Shown: positions 8,495-17,605, numbered from the stretch's first letter. The stretch is 64,000 nt of DNA from an uncultured bacterium (GCA_963707655.1 OY970172.1:739665-803664), one strand, 5' to 3'. Notes: a model not told the origin generated them from the letters alone. Numbers and translations are program-made.

Positions 8495-11038
8495 TCACGG
8501 AACGGTGACGGTAACCGGTGCACTCATATTGCCATTGGCATCAAACGCAACTAACGAATATACTACCACAACGCCCGGTACCTGATTATGATCTTGGTAC
8601 ACGGACGTAGCGGCGCTTACCGTAGCGATTTGTAAGCCATCACGATACATAAGATAACCGGTCACTCCGGCTGATGAACTCGATGTCCATGTCAGCTGAT
8701 TATAGAGTTCATATTCAAATCCAAAATTATTTTTCTTTTGCATACCCTGAAGATTTGATGGGGGTAAAATAGTTGGTGCAAAACCCAAGAAATCAAATTG
8801 CACAAACGTAGGGTTGCCGATCGGTAGATAAGAGAGCGAATAATTCGGAGTTGTTCCCGTAAAGGTTACGGAATCAAAGGTGCCGGTAATGGCAGAGGAA
8901 GTGAGAATGGTGTATGTTCCCGGAATGGCACTTGGATCTAGGTCGATTTCCAAGGTGCCTGCTAAGGATGCAGGTCCGGTAACAGCGACTAAAGATGTGC
9001 CGCCGGAATCGATTTCGATATGGACAAGGCTTCCGAGGGTGCCCGTAACTGGATCTGCTGAATTGAGGGTCAAACTGCCAAGAGTGAGTGTTCCTCCCGC
9101 TATCTGGAGAGATCGTTCCGGAATTGACAAAGACATTTCCGGTCAATGTCCCGGTCCCGCTCAACGTACCTCTTTGCGCGCTAAAGCCAATGTTTCTACA
9201 GACAAAAATCGATGCTGAATCGATTGATCCATTCACTTTGAAATTCGCATTGTTGATCGTAATGTTCCCTTGATAATCAGTTGTTCCATTGTAAACAACA
9301 GTTCCATTTCCTTTGACAAAGACATTTGTTCCTCCTGCGCCGAAACTGGTGTCATCAATAAACGCGACTTGGTCTCCGAGTGTCAAAAGATCATTAGCAT
9401 CGTTCGCCATGAATGTGAGAGAAGAACCTGCGCGCAGGAAAATACTATTTCCCAATGCTGATCCATCGGAGCCATCTGAACCACCACCGGAGACCGCCAG
9501 TTCCATGAGTTCCTGCTTGTGTTGTATTATTTGACTGTATTGAACGTGGTTGGAATCCCCGGAGAGTGCTTGTAGGGTGAAATTCAAACCGCTATCCACA
9601 AAGATAGCGCCTCCCAGACCGCTTCCGCCGCCACCACCTCCGCCGCCAAAGCCTGATCCAACGGTAGCTGGCCCCAACTCCTCCAGATCCTCCACCCAGA
9701 TTTCCTATATCAGTTCCACCTGAGGCAGTGGAGCCATTAGAGGGTCCACCGCCTGCACCGCCACCGCCGCCAAGAGAATTACCACCTTCTGCAGGCGTAA
9801 TACCAGATTGGTTGACTCCTCCGCCACCGCCCCCTCCGCCAACTCCTCCCGATCCACCTTGTACCGTATAAGCATATATCAGAAGCACCCGGTGCCAGCG
9901 CCACCGCCACCGCCCCCGCCATAGCCACCACTCCCAGCTTGTCCGTCAAATTCATTGCTAGAACCAGTTATGACGACTCCGCCGCCTCCGCCTCCTCCCC
10001 CATCTCCTCCATTGCCTCCGGAAGGCATAATGCACTACCTCCTGGTGGTATAGATGCCTTGAGGCTGAGATCCATTCGATCCGGCGCTTCCACCACCGCC
10101 GCCGCCCGCATTACCGCCTCCGCTATCATCTCCACCGCCGCCGCCGCCCGCATTATTTCCTCCACTATTACCTCCTCCACCAGAACCAGCGGTAATTGAG
10201 AGACCATAACCATTTCCATCCTGTCCGCCATCTTGATCCGAGCCTCCATTCCCCAGATTCGTGAGCGTTCCTATAGTGGCGCGAGATCCTAGGCCTCCGC
10301 CTCCGCCACCGCCGCCTCCACCGACTGTCGTCTGTCGAAAGAGTGACATCTCCACCATCTCCACCAAAACCCCTCCTCCAGCGCCTCCGGTGCTTCCGGT
10401 GGTTGTAATAGAACCTCCATTTCCGCTAAAGCCGCCGCCACCGCCACCCCCTCATTGCCTGTAAAGAGACCTAAATAACTTCCTCCATTTCCACCAACAG
10501 CAGAGCAATCGTTGATCGATACATTCATCAAGGTAATTGAAGGATTTGAACCATTTAAAAAGGATTGAGGTGCGTAAATGGCCCCTCCGGCACCCATGCC
10601 ACCGCCGCCGCCTGAAATTCCGTCTCCGCCATTGCCTCCTTTTGCGGTCAGGTTTTGAAAGATCATGTTTTGGATCGTCACATTCCCCATTGGGATAAAA
10701 AATCCGCTGTAAGCGCCGCTGTTACCGTCAATAGTGACGGTAGGAGTAGAGCCTGGGTTGCCAATGGTGATATTCACAGGATTTGAGGAATTGTTAATAA
10801 TCGGCAGAATTCCATTGAGTTGAATAGTCATCGGAGAGGCAAAAACAATCGCATAATCATCGGGTGTTGTGTTTAAACCTTGATTCATTGTATTCAAGCA
10901 ATATCTCAGATCACCCACCTCTCCAATGCCACCCGGATTATTATCTGAGCTTATTGTTACATTGAGCGTTGTTAAGGCACACAAAGAATGTGAAGTGAAA
11001 AGAAAAATCAAATATTTGAATTTGAACATGAGAAACAC
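8495..11038 (-). pseudogene. Pmp-like / autotransporter-passenger-like Gly-rich surface protein, fragmented into at least 6 frames
   Basis: Signal peptide at 11038. FxxN+GGAI pair (IFQN...GGAIYA, about 10577-10588) and a second GGAIFV. Passenger-type beta-strand repeat GTLSGTGTLTGNVFVNSGTISP. Long (GGN)n tracts. C-terminal Fn3-like domain (LTWTSSSSAGVTGYLMYRDG...YSLVAFDANGNMSAPVTVTVP). One frame break maps to a G5 run near 10452. Confidence 0.6.
9590..10470 (-). repeat. GGN-rich low-complexity coding tract (poly-Gly; poly-Pro on the opposite strand)
   Basis: Runs of GGCGGTGGCGGAGG-type codons. Every frame on both strands gives G-, A/E/V-, R/W- or P-rich ORFs in the track. Confidence 0.8.
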
Positions 11039-11162
11039 CTTTAATTATTTTTTAGCGTCAGGCAACTATCTTTTTAGCATCATAGTGTGTAAGAAAAAAT
11101 TATTCAATGCTTAAAATTTGGAAGAGAGGAAAATTCGTTTTTTTGAGGAATGTAGTTAGGTC

Positions 11163-12014
11163 TCATAGCGAATGCAATCGTTGCATAGCGAATTTTGCCA
11201 CTTTGTGCGACAATGTGAGGAGTTGGGTAGATGGAAAATTCTGTGAGAAGCGCTCCGGGAATGAGTAAGATAGAATTTTGATCCTAACCGCGAGAAAACT
11301 TTCTGAGAGGAGAAGAAAAATCATCGACGGTGAATGATGATTTATACGGAGAAAGAAGAAGTGATTCGTTGTCTGTGCTATCAAGAAACAGAGAAAACGC
11401 AGTTCCATCGTAATGAGGCCTTGATGGCACTGTAAGAGGGAAGATATTTGATTACCTTGAAAAGAATAGGGGGCTGTCCGTATTGAGAAGAAAAAATCGT
11501 TTCCAAACCTAACTCAGCTGCCGCCTCATCAAATAGATCTCCGTATGGCTTTTGAATCTCAGAACAAGCTTCAAAAAAACGGATGATTTCAGGAACTGCG
11601 TTTAAATTCTGGGTAGTGAGAGCAAATAAATTCATGGAAATGGGTCGAATAATAGAAGGAGATCTGGCTTCTTCCTTCTCTTTCTGATTCGTCGTAGAAA
11701 CCAAAAAAATCAGTGGAGTAGTAATTTCTATCTTTTGAGCGAATAAAACGTTCTTTTGCGCTATATAATTTTTGTGCCCAAACGGGATTTGTTTGAAGAA
11801 ATTCGATGAGCTCATCAAAATATGCATAGAGAGAATCAAACGTTGCCGTTCCATGATTCTTATCGCAAATTTCGACATACCCTGCTTGCTTGAATTGCTC
11901 TGCCAGAGGCATTGCACAAAGAGATTGAAATGCAAACAGGAGAAAAATATAGAGGAACAAAGTCTTTCGAATAATCATGAAGGAATCGTATAATTTATTC
12001 TTCGAGGTTGTCAA
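11163..12014 (-). pseudogene. disrupted hypothetical gene, possibly 2OG-Fe(II) oxygenase-like
   Basis: Three overlapping ORF fragments in different frames. Reading across them gives ...KAxHYDGTAFSLFLD... and ...PTPHIV..., a possible HxD...H facial triad. The assignment is weak. Confidence 0.35.
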
Positions 12015-12075
12015 TTAATGCACATATTTTATGAAAATTAAGTTGGCGCGTGAATGAAGACAACTAGCAGGAAGG

Positions 12076-12723
12076 TTATGCCATCCGGGCGAGCACCTCG
12101 TCGGTAGATAGTACCGCGTGAGCCAGATAGCGGTAGTTGATCAACGCCGCCTCGTAGCCATCGCCCCATTCCGGATGGCGAGGCCCGGCGATCGCATCCT
12201 TTACAACGGCAACTTCAAAACCTTGCTCAAGGAATTCACGCAGATGGGATTCCACGCACATGTTCGCTAACATCCCGGCTAGTATGATCTTACCGATTCC
12301 TCTCTTGCGCAGCTGCAGAATCAGGTCATTGGTCTGTGGACCAAACACCTTGTGTGGGCTAACAACGGTTGTCTTGCCATCTTGTATGTACGGCTTGAAA
12401 CGATCTAGCCAGTCTGCGCCAGAATTTGAAAACCCCGTCAGATCGAGCGGTCCGACCCGTGCGAAAGTGTGCGTTTTCAACTCTACCTCTTCGAGCGGGC
12501 CATTAATCTTCCAGCCATGATCGGTGGGATAGAAGTAATGGGGTGAGATGAACAGTTCATAGTCATTCGATTTCGCGGACTTAAAAAGCCGCTCTAGATT
12601 CCCGATAATACCGTTCTGAATGACGCTGGCACCAACCAAACCCCAACTCGTGCCCTTCTCGCTTAAAAAATCATTTTGTGGATCGATTACAACAACAGCA
12701 GTATCACGATTATTGAATTTCAT
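12076..12723 (-). CDS. isochorismatase-family cysteine hydrolase
   Basis: VVVIDPQNDF (catalytic Asp) and IILAGMLANMCVESH (catalytic Cys). The ATG at 12723 is preferred over the track's TTG at 12789. Visibly more GC-rich than its neighbours. Confidence 0.8.
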   Translation of the reverse strand: MKFNNRDTAVVVIDPQNDFLSEKGTSWGLVGASVIQNGIIGNLERLFKSAKSNDYELFISPHYFYPTDHGWKINGPLEEVELKTHTFARVGPLDLTGFSNSGADWLDRFKPYIQDGKTTVVSPHKVFGPQTNDLILQLRKRGIGKIILAGMLANMCVESHLREFLEQGFEVAVVKDAIAGPRHPEWGDGYEAALINYRYLAHAVLSTDEVLARMA

Positions 12724-12826
12724 TCTTTGGGCTTCCCTTTTTTTTACTGATTTTACTGGAGTGTAATACCTCGTTGTCCCTGAGGTCAATATTTTTTTTT
12801 AGTGCAAAATAATAACTTCTTTTTTC

Positions 12827-12879
12827 GAAGTTTTATAGATTCAAGAATTGGCTGTATGCATGCCGAGAAATTGATGAAG
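12827..12879 (+). repeat. 53-bp intergenic repeat, copy 2
   Basis: GAAGTTTTATAGATTCAAGAATTGGCTGTATGCATGCCGAGAAATTGATGAAG; see copy 1 at 6700-6752. Confidence 0.85.
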
Positions 12880-12961
12880 GATAAGTGAGTGTTACTGTAT
12901 CCAGCAGTGGACGACCATTGAGCAGCGAAGAAGAATTTTTGCGTTTAAAGCGAACAATTTT

Positions 12962-13693
12962 TTATTTTTGGAAACGTTTTTTTACTTCTGTGATTTGCTC
13001 TTTATCACCAAAAACACACGCTAAGAATAATCTCTTACTGGTGATGTTTGGTTCTGAATGAACGGCCGCGTTGTCACAATCGCCGACTAAAAAGAAAGCG
13101 CCTTCACCTTGTTTTGGGGATACACTCTTGGCAGGATCCAGCTGCTTTGCCGCATGGATTCTTCCGGCTTTCTCATTCTCATTGCGCAGACCGTCAAGTA
13201 CTATTTCCCGCTCTTCACTTGTTGCGGGGAAAAAAAGTGTGTGCGGGCCTTGGAATGTTGCAACAAATTTTGGAGGATTCTTATCATATGGTTTGTAATA
13301 TCCACCGTCAATATGCCAGCGTGGTATGGCAAAGGAATCATTTGGCTCCGACGCACGTAAAAAAATCATGACAGCTTCTTTGTTAACCATAGTTCCTGCG
13401 TATTGCACAATGCTGTTAATTACCATGCATGCTCGAGCAATATCCTCTTCCTTGGTATTGCCAAGTTCTCGCAAAAAGGGTGCTACATGCGCTTTGATCT
13501 CTTTGATTGAGCCATAATACTCAAACTGTGGAGCGTCTTTTATTTCTAATTGCTCCAGCACAGCTATATCTTCCGTGCTAATCGGTAATGGAACAAACAC
13601 AAATGGTTGAGAAGCATCGGGAAGTCCGGCAAAGAGAGAAAAGTAAAAATTGCACAGTAATATAAGGATCATTTTTTTCATAAAAAAACTCAC
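12962..13693 (-). CDS. secreted hypothetical protein
   Basis: Signal peptide MKKMILILLCNFYFSLFA. Contains PRWHIDGGYY and AAVHSEP, a possible HxD...H metal triad that remains unproven. Confidence 0.5.
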   Translation of the reverse strand: MSFFMKKMILILLCNFYFSLFAGLPDASQPFVFVPLPISTEDIAVLEQLEIKDAPQFEYYGSIKEIKAHVAPFLRELGNTKEEDIARACMVINSIVQYAGTMVNKEAVMIFLRASEPNDSFAIPRWHIDGGYYKPYDKNPPKFVATFQGPHTLFFPATSEEREIVLDGLRNENEKAGRIHAAKQLDPAKSVSPKQGEGAFFLVGDCDNAAVHSEPNITSKRLFLACVFGDKEQITEVKKRFQK

Positions 13694-13895
13694 TATTCAA
13701 AAGATTGATAACACAATTTTTTAGCAAATGCTCTTCCGCATTGCGATTTTAAATACTTTGCAAATTATGCTCGTCTACTAAAAAATTATCCTAGGGATAC
13801 CGATGCATGGCTAATTTTAGCGATGATAGAGTGTACTCCTCCATTGGAAAATTTGAACGAATAAGGTTTTTTATAGACAAGCCTGAACTGCTGCC

Positions 13896-15608
13896 TCAAG
13901 CCCAAGGGGTTTCTTCTCTTTTTTTAAGTAACTTAATCGCTGTATCACCTTTTTTATTAACGTGATGAACATTAATTCCTGGAGTGTTTAAAAGAAGCTC
14001 AACAATATTTTGGCTATTTACACAATCAGCATACTCTTTTTTGTCGCTTTCTCTATACAAGGTCTTTATAGACTGTATAGCATTTATAAGAGCTGTATCC
14101 CCTGAGTCATTAGCATAGTTGATGTTAATCCCTGGCGCTTGCAAAAGAGCTCGCACCGCATCAATATTATGGCGTCGTATAGCGTGCATGAGGGGAGTAT
14201 CTTTATTCTCGCCTACATGATTAACATTCGTGTTCGCTTTTAAAAGAGCCTGTAAAATTTCTGTTCTCTCCTGCTCGGGACGATAACTGTAGCTATGATG
14301 GCTCATAACTTCAATAAGAGGAGTATTTCCAACCTCATCTGCACGATTAACATCAGCACCTGCTTGTATAAGATCTTTCACCACGGCTGCACGGCCTTCT
14401 TGTGCGGCACGTATAAGAGCTGTTGCCTTGCGTTTACCTGCACGATTAACATCAGCACCTGCCTTTATAAGTTCTCGCACCACGCCTGCATGACCTTCTG
14501 CGGCGGCCCGCATAAGAACTGTTTCACCGAGCCCATTTACAGTATTAACATTAGCGCCTGCTTGTATAAGCTCGCGTACCACCTCTGCATGGCCTTTTTG
14601 CGCAGCAACCCGAAGAAGACAATTGATATCATCATTTTTATTTTTTGCCTTTATGAGCTCTCTTACAATACCTACATAACCACGCGAGGCAGCATAGTAT
14701 GAAAGTGGGACCGTTTCATCCCTATCCCAGTCGCCATCGTGCAGAGAGTAAGTAATTCCTTCATTAACATTAGCACCAGCAGCCACGAGAGCTTTGAAAA
14801 CTTCAGTATAGCCACCTCTTGCAGCCTCTACAAGAGGAGTCCTACCAGATTTGTCTGCGATATTAACATCAGCACCCTCAGCTATAAGAAATTTAACAGT
14901 TTCCGTATGACCGCGAGCCGCAGCCTGGAAAAGAGCACTACTCTTAGACCCCGATGCGGCACCCGCATCTATAAGAACTTTAACAGTTTCCGTATGACCG
15001 CGATCCGCAGCTTTTACAAGAGCAGCACTACACCCAGGCCGACTATTGATATGAGCACCCTCAGCTATAAGAATTTTAACAATGTCGGTATGGCCTTCTC
15101 CGCAAGCCGCTACAAGAGCACTATACTCGGACTCAAACCCAGCATTAATATCAGCGCCTGCCTGTACAAGAGCTTTAACAATGTCTGCATGGCCTTTTCC
15201 GCAAGCCGCTACAAGAGCCGAAAAAGCGTTCTCAGGCTTATGATTAACATCAGCCCCTTTCTGTATAAGAACTTTAACAATGTCTGCATGGCCTGCATGT
15301 ATAGCCTTTATAAGAGGAGTAAGACCTCTGTGATCTCCAGCATTAACATCAACGCCCGCAGCTATAAAAGCTTTGACCGTGTCGGTGTCGCCTCCCTTTA
15401 GAGCTTCAAGGAACTTATCATGGTCATGGGGATCTTTTGTTGAAGCAGATTGGGTAAGACCAGTAAAAAAATCGCTAATTGCGCTCGAGATATAACGAAT
15501 AACAAGCCCAGGGCGATCTTCTACTGGAGCAGATGGAAACAAATATTCACCAAGCCAAATACAAAAAACAAAAAGTACAGCTACAAGAATCTTTTTGGAT
15601 AACTTCAC
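13896..15608 (-). CDS. ankyrin-repeat protein with N-terminal membrane anchor/signal
   Basis: About 14 tandem 33-aa repeats of the type G(x)TALxxAAxxGHxxVVKxLIxAGADVN. N-terminal hydrophobic KILVAVLFVFCIWLG. The plus-strand ORFs 14295-14702 and 14739-15401 are shadows. Confidence 0.9.
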   Translation of the reverse strand: MKLSKKILVAVLFVFCIWLGEYLFPSAPVEDRPGLVIRYISSAISDFFTGLTQSASTKDPHDHDKFLEALKGGDTDTVKAFIAAGVDVNAGDHRGLTPLIKAIHAGHADIVKVLIQKGADVNHKPENAFSALVAACGKGHADIVKALVQAGADINAGFESEYSALVAACGEGHTDIVKILIAEGAHINSRPGCSAALVKAADRGHTETVKVLIDAGAASGSKSSALFQAAARGHTETVKFLIAEGADVNIADKSGRTPLVEAARGGYTEVFKALVAAGANVNEGITYSLHDGDWDRDETVPLSYYAASRGYVGIVRELIKAKNKNDDINCLLRVAAQKGHAEVVRELIQAGANVNTVNGLGETVLMRAAAEGHAGVVRELIKAGADVNRAGKRKATALIRAAQEGRAAVVKDLIQAGADVNRADEVGNTPLIEVMSHHSYSYRPEQERTEILQALLKANTNVNHVGENKDTPLMHAIRRHNIDAVRALLQAPGININYANDSGDTALINAIQSIKTLYRESDKKEYADCVNSQNIVELLLNTPGINVHHVNKKGDTAIKLLKKREETPWA

Positions 15609-15869
15609 GATAAAACCTCAATGAATAACGTTTTGAAAAACATGTCCAAGGCGGAGTCTATGGCCCTTTCCTAATCAGCTTCGTATGAGCTTTAGTAGGG
15701 CACCTCCCGTCACCAACATGCCAATCGGGGGGGCGGTATAGTGAAGGCCTTCCATTTGAATTAAATAGTAATACTTTAGTATACTTTTTATAGCTGAATG
15801 AGCAAATTTAGGGGCGCTTCAGGGCTATCTTGCGGAACAAGGCGAGTCATATATCGTGTAGAAATGAAG

Positions 15870-15944
15870 TGGCGTCCCCAGGGAGAATCGAACTCCCATT
15901 ACCGCCGTGAAAGGGCGGTGTCCTAACCGTTAGACGATGGGGAC
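15870..15944 (-). tRNA. tRNA-Glu (anticodon UUC), CCA encoded
   Basis: Hand-folded cloverleaf of the reverse complement: GTCCCCA TC GTC..GAC A CCGCC CTTTCAC GGCGG TAAT GGGAG TTCGATT CTCCC TGGGGAC G CCA. It closely parallels E. coli tRNA-Glu. Confidence 0.9.
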
Positions 15945-16051
15945 GCGTATAGAATTGTATTGTGCCAGTCGCATGTCCGCCGAAGCGTTATGCGAAAACT
16001 GGCAGAGCCAGACGTAGTCTGCCAAGCCGGTAGGCCTGGATAGACGAAGAC

Positions 16052-16127
16052 TGGTGAGCCGCGTTGGAATCGAACCAACGACCCACAGCTTAAAAGGCTG
16101 TTGCTCTACCGACTGAGCTAGCGGCTC
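16052..16127 (-). tRNA. tRNA-Lys (anticodon UUU), CCA encoded
   Basis: Reverse complement: GAGCCGC TA GCTC AGTCGGTA GAGC A ACAGC CTTTTAA GCTGT GGGTC GTTGG TTCGATT CCAAC GCGGCTC A CCA. Confidence 0.9.
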
Positions 16128-16243
16128 ACACAAATTATTAAAATTTCAAAAGAAAGAAATGAATTTTTTTGCAATTCACTACTAGAATGTATAAATTCAT
16201 CATCTTTTTGTCAAGAAAAACAATATTTTATTATATATGTTCT

Positions 16244-17605
16244 TTATTTGCTCGGCAGTATTAATTGACTGATATAACAGTAAATCAATGTTCCCAAAAG
16301 ATCCATTAATGTTGCCAAAAATGGTCCCGCCGAAAATGCCGGGTCTATATTAAGCCTTTTAAGCAGCAGTGGAATTAAGCTACCCAAATTTACGGCAAAA
16401 AAGACAATGGCATAGAGTGCAGAACTGATCACCACACTATACAGCAAGCTGCCGGTCGTCAAATATGCGCGCACAAAGCCAACACTGGCGAGTGCAAACG
16501 CCAAAAGAAGCGACATGAAAAATTCTCTGCGTAAAAAACGAAAAATATTAGTTGAACGTAATTCACCGGCCATCAACCCTTGAATAACTACTGCTGAAGT
16601 TTGTGAGCTAGAATTCCCTCCAGCGCCTACAAGCATGGTGGTAAAAAACATCAATGGAACGATCATGGTATTTTCAAACGAACGCATAATAATAGCTGCA
16701 AACGATTGGGTAATCAGCAAAGTGATTAAAATTGAGCTGCGCTCGACAAAAAGACGCAAAAATGAGGTATCAAAATAGGCATATTTCATGGGAGCCAAGG
16801 CAGACATTTTTTGCAAATCCTCGCTGGCCTCTTCAACCAATACATGAATTAAAGTTCCGCTTGGAATCACCCCCAAAAAATGATTGCCATCGCCGACTAC
16901 CGGGATAGTGATTAAATCATAGTGCACCATTTTGCCGGCAATTTGTTCACGGTCCTCATCGGCCCGCGCCACAAATTCAGTATCTTTCATAATGGTAGAA
17001 ATGCGTGCATTGGGACGGTGCAACACTAAATCTTCAAGCTTAATATACCCTACCAAGCGATGGGCTCTGTCAGTTATGTAAATCTGCTGATGAATATCTT
17101 TACTCAGCTGCAGGCGCTGCATCAACTTAATACTTTTTTCTACGGTAAAGTCTTCCATCAAAGTAAAGACCTCTGTTTCCATGATACCGCCGGCAGACTC
17201 CGGATGAAATTTCATCAACGAAAGCACTCTTTGTCGCGCTTTTTTGTGGAGCAAATTTAAATTCTCTTTCAACTCATGATCAGAAAAGAGATCAAAAAGA
17301 TCGGTGAGCTCATCTGCAGGGAGGCCGTTCAGTGCTTCAGCCTGTTCATGCTCCGTCATAAAAGAGAGGCTTTGTGCCTTCATAACGTCAGAAAAATCAT
17401 TAAAGACATCCAGCTTGAGCGTCTTGGGAAGCCGCTCAAAGAGTTGCTGAAAAATTTCGGGTGAGCTGTCGGTAAAAAAATTTGCAATATCGGCCGGATG
17501 AAGATCAATAAATTCTTGCCAGAGAGGTTTACCCAGGGTTGGGTCTTCTTGCAAAACAGCCTGCATATTGTCTCTCATTTCTTGCAGAATATTTTTAGCA
17601 TCCAT
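16244..17605 (-). CDS. mgtE: magnesium transporter MgtE
   Basis: MgtE N-domain, two CBS-like segments, and a TM domain with GGNSSSQTSAVVIQG and DPAFSAGPFLATLMDLLG. The ATG at 17605 is preceded by GGAGGGGG. The track start at 17620 is a TTG. Confidence 0.9.
   Translation of the reverse strand: MDAKNILQEMRDNMQAVLQEDPTLGKPLWQEFIDLHPADIANFFTDSSPEIFQQLFERLPKTLKLDVFNDFSDVMKAQSLSFMTEHEQAEALNGLPADELTDLFDLFSDHELKENLNLLHKKARQRVLSLMKFHPESAGGIMETEVFTLMEDFTVEKSIKLMQRLQLSKDIHQQIYITDRAHRLVGYIKLEDLVLHRPNARISTIMKDTEFVARADEDREQIAGKMVHYDLITIPVVGDGNHFLGVIPSGTLIHVLVEEASEDLQKMSALAPMKYAYFDTSFLRLFVERSSILITLLITQSFAAIIMRSFENTMIVPLMFFTTMLVGAGGNSSSQTSAVVIQGLMAGELRSTNIFRFLRREFFMSLLLAFALASVGFVRAYLTTGSLLYSVVISSALYAIVFFAVNLGSLIPLLLKRLNIDPAFSAGPFLATLMDLLGTLIYCYISQLILPSK

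Noticed and set aside
9939-10464. Plus-strand ORFs, including a poly-Pro peptide (PPPPPPPPPP), and several R/W-rich ORFs
   Set aside because: They are by-products of the (GGN)n tract on the opposite strand. They have no start context and are not independent genes.
13712-13864. 50-codon open frame without a start codon, encoding ...YFANYARLLKNYPRDTDAWLILAMIECTPPLENLNE (TPR-like phrase)
   Set aside because: It has no start codon or SD and is too short to support a call. It may be a relic of a degraded TPR gene, but I cannot show that.
14295-15401. Long plus-strand ORFs (135 and 220 aa) opposite the ankyrin gene
   Set aside because: They are antisense shadows of a repeat-rich gene. Their translations are low-complexity (Ile/Ser/Cys-rich) and periodic at the ankyrin unit length, whereas the minus-strand frame gives canonical ANK repeats.
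15609-15869. Locally GC-rich 260-bp spacer downstream of tRNA-Glu; considered as a 5S rRNA, SRP RNA, tmRNA or a third tRNA
   Set aside because: I could not find the 5S loop motifs, the SRP GGAA/AGCA helix-8 motif, tmRNA ends or a cloverleaf, only weak hairpins (for example CCTCCCG..CGGGGGG). An Rfam scan would settle this.
15930-16133. 67-aa ORF on the minus strand
   Set aside because: It overlaps both tRNA genes and the structured spacer, so it is an artefact of GC-rich RNA-coding DNA.
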